A stretch of 64,000 nucleotides of DNA from a virus (taxonomy: Duplodnaviria > Caudoviricetes). Below the pieces are notes generated by a model. The model had not been told where the DNA came from and ran no database searches. It worked only from the letters and a program-made list of their open reading frames with translations. The stretch is taken from positions 64,001 to 128,000 of IMG/VR virus record IMGVR_UViG_3300017721_001026; one strand, given 5' to 3'. Positions 35,690 through 47,000 of this stretch are shown here, piece after piece; position 1 is the stretch's first letter; each line of letters begins with the position of its first letter. Made by a program: the position numbers and the translations under genes.

Positions 35690-37681
35690 TTAGACTAATG
35701 ATTGTTTGCTATATCTGTAAGTTGTAATTCCATTTACTCCAGTTTCGGTAGTTAATGAAAGACTTACAGTTCCTCCAGAAATTGTTGCTCCAGCACCTAT
35801 TAGAAGAGTATTGCTAAAGAAAATGTCAGACTCTTGTGTGTATACATCATTATCATCGTGCATAATGATTACTTTTTGTGATTGAATACCATTTGCATGT
35901 TGTATCCACAATTTGTATTCAACAACCTTATAATCTGAAGCACTAAATGATGCTACATTTGTTGATACTCCAGCAGAAGCAGTAAAGGTTCCTAAACCAG
36001 AAGCAACTTCATAGGAATCTCCAACCTTTAATTTAGTTGTTGATTTAATGTTTCCACCAACTGTTAAAGTATCTGTAATAAATGTAGTATTAATACCAGT
36101 ACGTCCATCAGAATCGCAAAGGTATCTTACATCACCAAGTCCATTTGCAAGAACAATATATCCACTATTTGATGGACTATATGATAAATCCAATCCACCT
36201 TCATTTCCATCAAATTTACCTATAATAACATTACCATAACTTGTTGTTAAATCATTACCCGCATAGGAACCAAGAAATACATTATTACTATGGTTTGAAG
36301 TTCCTGCTAAATATCCTGCTCTATATCCAACAAAAGTATTAGTGAATGTAGAGTTGGTGCCACCAGTTTCTCTTCCAACTTTTACAGCATAGTTGGTTCC
36401 AAAGTTATCACCAAATATAACTCTTGAATTACCGTAACTATTAAGTCTGATCTCACTAGCTTCAATATCACCAGAAACATCTAGATCACCATTAATATCA
36501 ACATCATTTTGGAATGTAGAAAGACCAGAAACTCTTAAAGTATCAGTCTCAGTGTGACCCGTTACATCAATACCAGTACCAGTGGTCTCAAACTTCGTAG
36601 CACCAGCATAATGAAGCTTAACACCAGCATTTGATAAGCATTCAATCCATGCTTGATTAGCATTGGCATTGTCTTGAATGTATAGTTCCGTACTTCTGAT
36701 GTAAAGATCACCAGTGCTATTATTTTGAAGCATTGTATGATATCCACCAGCACCATCAGAACTGCTTGAGATAATTGTATTATTGCTTACTGTAAGGGTT
36801 CCCGTTACATCTACACCAGCAGAAGTAGTTTCAAGTTTCTTGGAGTTATCATAGAAGAGTTCTACCTGTCCATCTTCATATGCGATAATTCCATCTTCAC
36901 CAGATTTTGGTTGAATGAAGATTCTATTAGTTCCAGATGCGTTAGTATCTCTAATGTATAATTCACCAGTAGCATTATCAATATAACCATCAGATCCATT
37001 ATGATAGATTTCAAAATCATCATCAGCACCGAAGACTGCTTTATCACCGTCTCCAAGATTCACATCACTAGTAAAGGTTGATACACCAGAAACACTTAGA
37101 TTAGTTAAATTTGATTGATTACTAACATCTATATTTGTGAAATATGAATTTCCTGAAGTAGAAAGACCTACAATATTACCTGATCCTCCTCCACCAGATG
37201 GTGAGAATTCCACCCATTGTGAAGAATTGCCGTCATTATAACGAATAAATCCTTTAGCAAGATCACTGCTCCACCATAAAGTATTATCAGTTGCTGGAGA
37301 TGGTGCTGCATCACCAATAGATACGTTAGCAATACCACTTAGAGTAGATCCATCTCCATAATATGATACTGCAGTGATAATACCAGTAACAATATTTGCA
37401 GTATCTCCAGCACCGACTACACTACCATCAGACTTTACAAAAGTAGTAGCACGAATTGTTCCACTAACATCAAGTGCTTGTTGCGGAAAAGTGCTACCAA
37501 TACCTACAGAATATCCACTCCCAACAATGACATCTGATTGAACTTTACCTCCAATCGTAACATCCGTACTAATCGCAACAGTACTTGCGTTTAGGTTTAG
37601 GTTAGTTGGACTAGTTAAATTTGGGGTGCCAGATGAACCAATAAGTTCTATCTTCTTTACACCAAAATCCTTATTGGCCAT
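35690..37681 (-). CDS. tail fibre protein
   Basis: YYGDGSTLSGI and KFETT..GIDVTG repeats; C-terminal domain shared with 40617..43931; late promoter at 37696-37703. Confidence 0.75.
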   Translation of the reverse strand: MANKDFGVKKIELIGSSGTPNLTSPTNLNLNASTVAISTDVTIGGKVQSDVIVGSGYSVGIGSTFPQQALDVSGTIRATTFVKSDGSVVGAGDTANIVTGIITAVSYYGDGSTLSGIANVSIGDAAPSPATDNTLWWSSDLAKGFIRYNDGNSSQWVEFSPSGGGGSGNIVGLSTSGNSYFTNIDVSNQSNLTNLSVSGVSTFTSDVNLGDGDKAVFGADDDFEIYHNGSDGYIDNATGELYIRDTNASGTNRIFIQPKSGEDGIIAYEDGQVELFYDNSKKLETTSAGVDVTGTLTVSNNTIISSSSDGAGGYHTMLQNNSTGDLYIRSTELYIQDNANANQAWIECLSNAGVKLHYAGATKFETTGTGIDVTGHTETDTLRVSGLSTFQNDVDINGDLDVSGDIEASEIRLNSYGNSRVIFGDNFGTNYAVKVGRETGGTNSTFTNTFVGYRAGYLAGTSNHSNNVFLGSYAGNDLTTSYGNVIIGKFDGNEGGLDLSYSPSNSGYIVLANGLGDVRYLCDSDGRTGINTTFITDTLTVGGNIKSTTKLKVGDSYEVASGLGTFTASAGVSTNVASFSASDYKVVEYKLWIQHANGIQSQKVIIMHDDNDVYTQESDIFFSNTLLIGAGATISGGTVSLSLTTETGVNGITTYRYSKQSLV

Positions 37682-37701
37682 AAGTCTTTTTTAGTTATTT
37701 A

Positions 37702-40617
37702 TTAGAATGTGAAAGTAATGCCTTCTAGAGATAATTTAGGTTTCGCAGCAAGACCAAATGTAGGCAATTGCTCAGTATAATTTGTTTCCACTTCAGCATC
37801 AGTAAATGCTCTTCTATAGAATCTTATAGCACCAATGGTTCCATTAAATGAATAGGAACCAGAAGCTGAATATTTTCCAATTAAAACATCTGAGAGTGTT
37901 GCATTTATATTTGGACTATAAATTTTAGTTGTTTCATCTTTAACATTATCAAGATAAAAACTAATCATATTGCCAGATCTAGTTACTACAGCATGATGCC
38001 AAGTGTTAAGAGAAACTGTGTTTGAATGACCAGCTGTCATTCCACCATAAGTTTCACTATTATCTAATTCATACACAAGTGTATTACTATTATTGACATA
38101 AAATATAAACTTATTACTGCTATTATTAAATGTTGACCAACTAGAGAATAATGCAGATGGATAAGCTCCATTTGGAGTTGCAGTCATATAGAACCATGTT
38201 TCAAATGTAAAGTCACCTATTGTTTGAAAATCAGATGTTTTTGCAAATGATCCATAGTTACCATTACTAAAGACATAACCATATCCATTATAAGTTACAC
38301 CAGAAGTTAAAGTTACATGATGACTATTTTTAGCACTGTTATACCAACTGGTTGTATTCGATGAGTGATTTCTACCATCCAATTCAAGAACTAAATCTTG
38401 CCTACTAGCAAGTTGTTCTTCAAGTCTAATAGTTACTGTCATTAGTGATGATTCATCACTTGGTGCATTGCCAGTTAATGCATCCCAAAGAATTTTTCTA
38501 GGACCACCTTGTAAATTTATTTCAGAATTCCAATTAGAACTACTTGATGTCGTAGCTTCAGTTCCTTGGTAAAAAAGATCATCACTTGATTGATCTGTAA
38601 CTTCAGTTTCTAACCAATTCTTAAGATTTGCCCAAGTCCAATCTCTGTTGTACTGCATCTTGGTAGCAAATAGTCCCGCACCAACAGGACAGGCAGAACT
38701 TGTACCATTAAAAAATTTATCATATGATGTAAGAGATTGTGTACCACCAGATTCCACTATATTATAATTTGAATCCAATCTATAACTATTATCATTTCTT
38801 TGATATCCACTAGATGACTCACCTCCTTGAGCACCAATAGAACCATCACCAATAGTATAAAAATCTACAGCATTTCCCATATTACTATATGTTGCTTTCT
38901 GTTCTTGATAAGTACCATCAAAGTTATTGTCAGTATCATCGTCAAGAGCACCAACATTGAATGTACGATATACATCTATTCCAGTACCATTATAATTTTG
39001 TACGCATCCAATACAAGCAGGATTTCCAGGACGATTGACCATTTCTTCATTTGACTCTGCACTTGATAGTGTTCTAGCACTTGAAGAACTTACATAATTA
39101 TTATAATCTGGATGATCACCTTTAACCTGTTTGTTGTTATTATTTCCTGAAGAAGAAAGCCATATTACTCCAGAATCGAGCATTGCTGCTCCTTCAATCA
39201 TTGTACTGTCACTAGGTGGATACCATCTAGCATGTTTGTTACCACTATAAAAATATCTTAACCAATTTGGAGAACTAACGTTGCTTCCTGATACACTAAT
39301 TGTTTCTTCACCAGTTCCATTACCAGGAGTACGAAAATAAGCATAACTACCATTATAAAAAGATCTTGTGCTACCCCAACTATTAGAAGAAATTGTGGGA
39401 TTTTTTGTATTATCAGATGTTCTATTTGGTTTTAAATCATGAAAAACTTTTATTACTTCGTACAATTTATCTGTGCTTATTGCTCCAAAAGACCAAATTA
39501 TACTAATATACCATTTATTGGAATTGTAAGCCCACCCATGAGTTTTTCCAAATGCTTGTGACATACATGGAGTGCCATGAGTTGCTGTAGTACCATCATA
39601 ATTGCCTGTATGTAAAGTATCAAGATCTCCATTATGTCTTGCTTCAGTATAATTCGACGAAACATTTATTTCACCAAAATCTTCATTACTTCCTATAACA
39701 GCAGTTCCACCAGATATATTTGAACTCACATACTTTGCAGATCTATATGTTGTACTTTCATTCCCCCACCAATCTACTGCTGCAGATTCAACAGGAAGAG
39801 TAGTCCCATCCCAACGAACCCTTAATCTATTACCAGCATCTGCTTCAAAAAAATCTGGGTCAATATAATAAGGTGCAGATAAAATTACATCCAATACACC
39901 ACATACTCCTGTTGTAGCAGAAGGAGCAAATCCACTTTTTAATACATTTGTTCCGACAAAATTGGTTGGTTCTCCTACACCAGTTTTTATGAATTCAATA
40001 TGACCTAACCATGCTGCACTATCACAAACAATAAGATCAACGTCAGTTCCATCTCCATACTGTTCAGGATTGTCTGTAATAATATTATTATCACTTTGAG
40101 TTTTCCAAGGATTATCTAAAGTTTGATGTCTATAAATTTGAGCGGCAGTTTTAGATAACCAAGTACTATCAACTCCAGTATAATATCCAGATGCTGAGTT
40201 ATCTCTTGAAATTTTTACATCGCCACCATATCTAGGAGTTTTACTTGAGGGATCTGACATTAAAAAAGTATCACGACCCTTGTAAGTGCCTTCATAATAT
40301 CCTTCATCAATATTAACACCAATAACTTTTGGGTGATTTTTTAATTGCTCTGCTTCTGCGTCTGACATCTCATATGATCCAATCCTATCACAAGTTTTCT
40401 TTGGATTGATACAATCTATTTTTCTATTTGGAATACCATCAATTTCATTTTCATTAATGATGTAATTGTGAATTTCATTCCAATCTCCTGCATTAACACA
40501 TGCCACACAAAAAACTTTTGGTCCAGTTTCTGGAACAAAAAGCAATCCTTCTGCTTTAGCAGATTCTATTCTTCTTTCTTCATATGCATCATAATCAAAA
40601 TCAGTTGTTATAGACAT
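37702..40617 (-). CDS. S8 subtilisin-like peptidase with a C-terminal LamG domain
   Basis: IVCDS, HGTPC, SSGN and NGTSSACP catalytic motifs; FTFETW..WHHAVVTR LamG. Confidence 0.8.
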   Translation of the reverse strand: MSITTDFDYDAYEERRIESAKAEGLLFVPETGPKVFCVACVNAGDWNEIHNYIINENEIDGIPNRKIDCINPKKTCDRIGSYEMSDAEAEQLKNHPKVIGVNIDEGYYEGTYKGRDTFLMSDPSSKTPRYGGDVKISRDNSASGYYTGVDSTWLSKTAAQIYRHQTLDNPWKTQSDNNIITDNPEQYGDGTDVDLIVCDSAAWLGHIEFIKTGVGEPTNFVGTNVLKSGFAPSATTGVCGVLDVILSAPYYIDPDFFEADAGNRLRVRWDGTTLPVESAAVDWWGNESTTYRSAKYVSSNISGGTAVIGSNEDFGEINVSSNYTEARHNGDLDTLHTGNYDGTTATHGTPCMSQAFGKTHGWAYNSNKWYISIIWSFGAISTDKLYEVIKVFHDLKPNRTSDNTKNPTISSNSWGSTRSFYNGSYAYFRTPGNGTGEETISVSGSNVSSPNWLRYFYSGNKHARWYPPSDSTMIEGAAMLDSGVIWLSSSGNNNNKQVKGDHPDYNNYVSSSSARTLSSAESNEEMVNRPGNPACIGCVQNYNGTGIDVYRTFNVGALDDDTDNNFDGTYQEQKATYSNMGNAVDFYTIGDGSIGAQGGESSSGYQRNDNSYRLDSNYNIVESGGTQSLTSYDKFFNGTSSACPVGAGLFATKMQYNRDWTWANLKNWLETEVTDQSSDDLFYQGTEATTSSSSNWNSEINLQGGPRKILWDALTGNAPSDESSLMTVTIRLEEQLASRQDLVLELDGRNHSSNTTSWYNSAKNSHHVTLTSGVTYNGYGYVFSNGNYGSFAKTSDFQTIGDFTFETWFYMTATPNGAYPSALFSSWSTFNNSSNKFIFYVNNSNTLVYELDNSETYGGMTAGHSNTVSLNTWHHAVVTRSGNMISFYLDNVKDETTKIYSPNINATLSDVLIGKYSASGSYSFNGTIGAIRFYRRAFTDAEVETNYTEQLPTFGLAAKPKLSLEGITFTF

Positions 40618-43600
40618 CAGAGCATTGTCTCCCTTACTACTCTATATGTAACAATACCACTAACTCCTGTCTGTGGAGTCCATAGTAATTCACAAGTTCC
40701 AGAAGTGATAGATGCACCAACAGAAACTAAAAGATCATTATTATACATGATAGCATATTCTTGAGCATATGCTGTGCTTCCATCATTCATCACAAGAACT
40801 TTCTGAGATTGAATTCCAGAAGAATGTTGGAAATATAATGTATATTCTGCAGTCTTGAAGTCATCAGTTGCAATTACCCAAGAAGCATCACCCGTTGTAG
40901 TAACACCAGAAGATGCTGTGAATGTTCCATAGTCAGTGTAAACACCATAGACTTCTTCAACTTGTAGAGGTGTTCTTGGATTGGTGGTTCCGAGACCAAC
41001 ATGAGCTGCTGTTGTATGTATACCAGCATTAGTCTGGTTGTTATCGAAGTATCCAGTTCCACTTCCACCACCAGCAATAATACCAGTTAGATTTGATCCA
41101 TCACCATAGTAAGTTGTTGCAGTTACAGCACCACCAACAGTTAGAGTATATGTTTCAGATGCATCTGTACCAACACCAACTCTTCCATCATCAATAGATA
41201 ATCCTAGAACACTAGATGGACCTGTTTTAAACAACCACTCATCATCGGCATAATTGTAAAATGCCATCTGTTGCTGGAAAACTCCAGTGTTATCAGTTTT
41301 TTCTATGGCAAAATATTGTTCTGATGGTGGATTATTATTGAGGTGTACTAACTGAGTTCCATTTGAAGAGTTTAGAAGTTCAACTCTTGAACCTCTAAAT
41401 TGAGATGTATTATTTGTATATAAAGTTAATTCTGGATCACTTTTTGACGTACTATTATTTGTTAGTAGTGCAGTTTGATTAATTCCATTATCAATTGTAA
41501 CATCACTTGTAAATGTTGTAATGCCACTGAAACGGAAACTTCCATTTACATTGATGTTACCAGTTCCGTTGATGGTTCTGCTATTGAGATCTAAGTTACC
41601 ACCAAGTTGTGGTGTGGTGTCATTAATAACCTCTGCAGATGCAGCAGTAACAGTAACAACACCAGCAGTTGAAGAGGATACAGTAATTCCAGAACCAAAG
41701 TTAATTGTTCCAGCAGTACCTACAAGATTATCATTATCTTCAATGATGACTTCGGTGCCTCCACCACCACCTCCTCCACCTCCTCCAGAGATGAGAGTTG
41801 CAGTAATGCCAGTAATTCTTCCATCAGTCACCTCTATCTGTGGTGATACAGTAGAACCACCATAGGTTCCATCTGCAACATCAACTGTTGCAGTTAGACC
41901 AATACCTGATCCATAGAACGATACTGCAGAAGAAATACCCGTAACGTATGTACCGTTAGGAGTTGTTCCAAATTTTTGAGAATTAGAATAATAAAGTCTT
42001 GTTGATCCATTTTCTGTACTAGAAAGAACACTATCACCGTTTACCCTTAAATGTATATTAGCACCAGCATCAATAATCATGTTGGAATTTGAATCAGTCT
42101 CAATGCTGGCAATATTGCCATCATGACTGCTGAATCTCATGTAGACGCCATAAGGATTACCTGAGGCATGAGAAATTGATAGACTACCACCAGGATTTGT
42201 ATCACTAAGGAAACGAACTTCACTTCCAGATCCATAATAACCCATGGTAAATGTAGTCATTCCAGACACATTCAGTCCATCTGTCTCAACATTACCAGTT
42301 ACATCAATACCATCCGAAGTAGTTTCAAACTTCTTAGAATTATTATGGAAGAGACTTACACCAGCACCCACTCTAAAGGATGCCATTTCTTCAGTAGTTC
42401 CATACTGACCAATCGTGACTGATGGGTTTGCTTCAATATTAAGACCACCAGTTCCTTGATCTTGGATGTAACTATTTGCACCATCAAAGTAAATCCTTAA
42501 GTCATTACCTGCACCAAAGATTGCTTGATCATTATTTCCGAGTTGAATATTACCTTGGAAAGTTGCAGAATCTGTAAATGTTGATATACCATTTACTTGT
42601 AATCCACGAGTGCTAGTAACACCAAGATTAGAAAGTTGAGCAGATGATGGATTATATTGTAATTTTCCACCTAGATCAAATCTATTAAATGTATGTCCAC
42701 CTTGTTCTGGATCTAGGAATAGTGCAATATCATAGTCATCACTATTAGATACACCTGCAGTAAATACTTTGTGTTGACCAACTAAGTCACCATCAAATCC
42801 TGTTGCAGTAACAATACCAGTAATTTGTAGGTTTGCAGTTTGAGTGATTGTGTCTGCAGATAGTGTGAAACCAGCACCAATTCTGATCTCATCATTAATA
42901 CCATCAATTGCAATACTAGAAGAACCAACAGTCAGAATACCAGTGATTCTTGCATCACCATTGACCAATAGTTGTGTTCCAGCAGCACCTACATGTCCAA
43001 TTTCTACTTGGACTCGTGGATTTGTTGTGCCAAGACCAACTGCAGCACTGTCAGTGAAGATACCAACAGCAGAATCATCATTAAGTAATCCAAATACTCC
43101 TGATGGACCATCAGCACCTCCACCTAGTCCAAGACCATATCCAGTAATATTAAGAGTAGAGATACCAGTGATATTAGAACCATCACCATGGAATTCTGTT
43201 GCAGTGACAACACCTACACCAGCAATACCATTGTTGTTTAGATCTAAGTATCCACCAAGTTGTGGTGTTGGGTCATTAATAACAGCAGTTAGACCACCAG
43301 AGTCGATGTATGCTGTAACCAGACCTGTTGTTCCATCTAGGGTGACACCTAGACCAACGAAGTCAATAATATTAATTCTACCAGCAGTTCCACTATCGAT
43401 ACCTGCCTTTCTGACAGAAACACCAAGGATACCAGTGCTTCCTGCTCCTACACCAGCAGCACCATGAGCAATAACTTCAATCTCTTCTCCACCAAATGCA
43501 GCAGCAAATAGTGTTATCGATCCACCACCCGAATTGATAGCATAATCACCTTCAGTAAGTTTTACACCATCTAGAAATATACTAGACAGTGGATACTCTG

Positions 43601-43931
43601 TAAGTAAGAAACTACCAAAACTTCCCGTAGCAGGAACTCTTGTTTGTCCTGCGGTGAGTGTAATTCTTTGTGCTTGTCTATTGACGGGAAATGACTCCCA
43701 TTTCCACTTGTCTCCAGTTGATTGTAAATATTGACCACTTACACCACTAGTTCCACCAGTTGATACTGGTGAGTATAAACCACCATCAATCTGTGCATCA
43801 CCAATAACGTCTAATGCATGTTCAGGTGTTCCTGAGTTAATGCCAACACGATTAGTTTCATCATTTGCATATAACAAGGTATTCGCAACTTCAAGACCAT
43901 TGCGAACGACAAAATTCTTGTTAATACCCAT
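40617..43931 (-). CDS. long tail fibre protein
   Basis: VGLGTTNP, DxTPQLGGxLDLN (twice) and YGDGSNLTGI fibre motifs; late promoter at 43980-43987. Confidence 0.8.
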   Translation of the reverse strand: MGINKNFVVRNGLEVANTLLYANDETNRVGINSGTPEHALDVIGDAQIDGGLYSPVSTGGTSGVSGQYLQSTGDKWKWESFPVNRQAQRITLTAGQTRVPATGSFGSFLLTEYPLSSIFLDGVKLTEGDYAINSGGGSITLFAAAFGGEEIEVIAHGAAGVGAGSTGILGVSVRKAGIDSGTAGRINIIDFVGLGVTLDGTTGLVTAYIDSGGLTAVINDPTPQLGGYLDLNNNGIAGVGVVTATEFHGDGSNITGISTLNITGYGLGLGGGADGPSGVFGLLNDDSAVGIFTDSAAVGLGTTNPRVQVEIGHVGAAGTQLLVNGDARITGILTVGSSSIAIDGINDEIRIGAGFTLSADTITQTANLQITGIVTATGFDGDLVGQHKVFTAGVSNSDDYDIALFLDPEQGGHTFNRFDLGGKLQYNPSSAQLSNLGVTSTRGLQVNGISTFTDSATFQGNIQLGNNDQAIFGAGNDLRIYFDGANSYIQDQGTGGLNIEANPSVTIGQYGTTEEMASFRVGAGVSLFHNNSKKFETTSDGIDVTGNVETDGLNVSGMTTFTMGYYGSGSEVRFLSDTNPGGSLSISHASGNPYGVYMRFSSHDGNIASIETDSNSNMIIDAGANIHLRVNGDSVLSSTENGSTRLYYSNSQKFGTTPNGTYVTGISSAVSFYGSGIGLTATVDVADGTYGGSTVSPQIEVTDGRITGITATLISGGGGGGGGGGTEVIIEDNDNLVGTAGTINFGSGITVSSSTAGVVTVTAASAEVINDTTPQLGGNLDLNSRTINGTGNINVNGSFRFSGITTFTSDVTIDNGINQTALLTNNSTSKSDPELTLYTNNTSQFRGSRVELLNSSNGTQLVHLNNNPPSEQYFAIEKTDNTGVFQQQMAFYNYADDEWLFKTGPSSVLGLSIDDGRVGVGTDASETYTLTVGGAVTATTYYGDGSNLTGIIAGGGSGTGYFDNNQTNAGIHTTAAHVGLGTTNPRTPLQVEEVYGVYTDYGTFTASSGVTTTGDASWVIATDDFKTAEYTLYFQHSSGIQSQKVLVMNDGSTAYAQEYAIMYNNDLLVSVGASITSGTCELLWTPQTGVSGIVTYRVVRETML

Positions 43932-44006
43932 CGATTCTCCTGGGGTTCACTCTCCCCCCGATTTAAATTTTACTAATGCTATTTATGCTAATTCAATCAG
44001 AAGAAA

Positions 44007-47000
44007 CTATTTCAGTTTAGTATAGGAATTTCCACAGTTATCTCTGTTATTGGTTGATTTAGTTCCTTTAATAGAATTTGAAATAGCACTATACAGAGCA
44101 TTTAAAGTTTGATAATTCTGTGGTTGGTCTCTATATCTATTGTACCAGGTTCCCATTTCAGGACCAGTTGGTGGGTAGTTTCTTGTATCCCAGTATGCCG
44201 CACCAATTTTTAAGAACACCTGAACTTTAGTTGCTTTTTCATATGAAATAGTATATTTAATAGCTACAGCACCATGACCACCACTTCCTCCACCATTGCC
44301 ACATCCACCACCAGATCCACCTCCACCAAAGTCTTGTCCACGAGCTCCTTCTTCTCTTCCTCGATCCTGTCTATTACTTCCATTACACTCACCTCCGAAA
44401 CCAGAACCTTGTCCTGGTCCACCTTGATCGCATGGTCTTGAACCCCTATCGGCTACTCCACTAGAACATGCTCCACCATATATTCTTCCAGCACCTCCAC
44501 CATGTCCACCTTCATCACCTCTTCTACTACCACCATTATCTCCACTTCCAGCACCACGTCCTGAACCACCTCTGCCTCCACCTCTTTCATCTCCACCACC
44601 ACCTCCATCTGCTTGAGCTGTGTCTCTCTGTCTTGTTCCTCGGATTTGAATATAAGAACTTTCTCCACTTTCACCAGATCTTCCACCACCATTACCACCC
44701 CTACCTGCTCGGAAGATAATTGTATCACCACCTTCTGCTTGATTCCATTCTTTTTTGAAGGCACCACCACCTCCTCCTCCACCTGCTCCTTCTTCAGTGT
44801 TCTCTTTACCACCAGCTCCACCACCAGCAATACCTTTTGCCTCTACTGCTATTGTTCCTGCTGGTAGAATAAATGATGTATTTTTTTGATTTTGAAATCT
44901 ATCAATACGACCAGTTGTAGTAGTCTCTCTTTTTCCACCAGTTGTTCCATTACAATTACTAACACCAGTTACACCCATTCTATTATCACCTTGAGTTCCA
45001 CGGAATCTTGTAGTATTTAATGTACATCCACCAACTGAATATGTACCTCTTTCTACTTTACAATCTTTTGTTTTTACCTTGAAGGTTTTACTAACTCCAC
45101 CAATGTTCATTGTGGCAGTTTTTGTAGTGTTGAAAGAATTGGATGCATTCATCTTAATTCTTAGATCGTTACAAGAAGTTCCATTAGATACAGTTTTTGT
45201 TGTAGATCCATTAAGGAATGTAGCACCACCACCACTAACTTTAGCAGTTACACTGATACCAGGAGATAGACCATGAACAGAATTTGTGGGAGAAGAAGTA
45301 AATTTTGGTTGAGATTCTCTTTTTTCACCAAGATTTCGGTTAGTTTCACTTGATGGATTCATATTATAATTATCAATTGTTGTATCATCAACTACTGTTA
45401 CCGAGTCATTACCATTATCGGTTTCACCAGTCCCATCATCTTTAACGGTGATTGACCAATTGTAATTACCATTGTTCGGCATATTTACCGATGTACTACC
45501 AGATAATGCAGTAATATTATTAAAACCTAGTCCACTACTAGATATTACTTTATCAGCATCAATAGAAGACCATGTAATTGTTACATTGTTTCCAGTAGTT
45601 ACGTTTCCTGGAGTTGCAGTAAGAGTTACTGATGGTTTGAATCTGAATGTAACAGATTTAGAAACTGTTTGTGGATTTACTCCAGCACCAAATGCTTTGG
45701 CAGTATAAACTTCACCATCAGATGAAGGTGTTACAGTATCATTTCCACTTTGCTTATCATTAGTATTAAATCCAGTTCCTTTCGTTGCTTGGACTTTAAC
45801 TGCATTAGTTGAAGACCAATACAATTTTGTACTATTATTTCTCTTAATATTAAAAGTGGTTGCACAACTACTTGTGGGAGGATTTTTGTTTACACAGAAG
45901 AATAATGTCGGTGCTGGCGGAGTTCCAGTAATAACATTGATTGAATCTGTTGTAGTTCCAGTACAATTAGAAACCGATAATGTAAATGTGCTTTGTCCAC
46001 TTTGTAAATTACTTACATTTCTAGTTCCAGTTTTTGTTTGATCACCAAGAGTTGTTACACTAATTGAAGATAGATTACCAAATCCACCAGGACCAGTAGC
46101 ATTTACTGAACTATCTGTAACATGAGTATATTCATACTGAACCGTCGTACTTCCACCATCAGGGAAAACAAATGGTGGATTTAAATTGGTAGCAGATAGA
46201 TTTAATGTTGGTTTTGGTGGTGAAGGTGGTGATATTGTCCAGTTTGCAGTTTGTGAAGAACCTGAAGTTGTAAATGCTGCAGATAGAGATACTGTTGTAG
46301 TTCTGGTTTCGCAGAAATACGGAGTTATCATATAAACTTCAATAATATCTCCTATTTTTACATCATTTAACGTTGTTCCTTGCAGATTAGTTCCTTTTTT
46401 CTTAAGGAATGAGTTAGAATTTGATGTAGTTGCGATAATATTACAATCAAATTCAAATGTCCCACCAACCGTAAATTCTACTTTTGCTTGATCACCAGGA
46501 TTTAACGTTGATGATGCCTGAGATACATTTGGTAAATTAAATGCACTTATACCACAATCTCTAGACTTTGATGTTACGTTCCAGGTATCCGTTGTAGATC
46601 CATTAACTCCACTGAGAATTGTAAATGTATTTGTACCAGAAACAGTGAAAGTAGCACTTGCAGTGCCTTGAGATTGTGTTGCTGATAATAATCTCAGTTG
46701 AATTTGATCACCAAGTTGAACTCCAAATGATCCATTAGTCCAACTTTGTACTATTGAACCATTTCTGGTGACTTGATACCTTGCATCGGATCCAGTAGAT
46801 CCAGAGATACTTGCAGTGCCCTCATCACCAAAAGCAGTCATACCTGCTAAGGTGATTGTGTTACTATAAATTAATTCGTTTCTTAATACGTTTGTTTGAT
46901 CATTAAATGTGAATGCATTTGGAATCGTATCAACTGGTCTTGGTCGTGTTCCTACTGAAAAAGTATCTGATTGATTTGCAACAGACAATGTTGCATCAGT

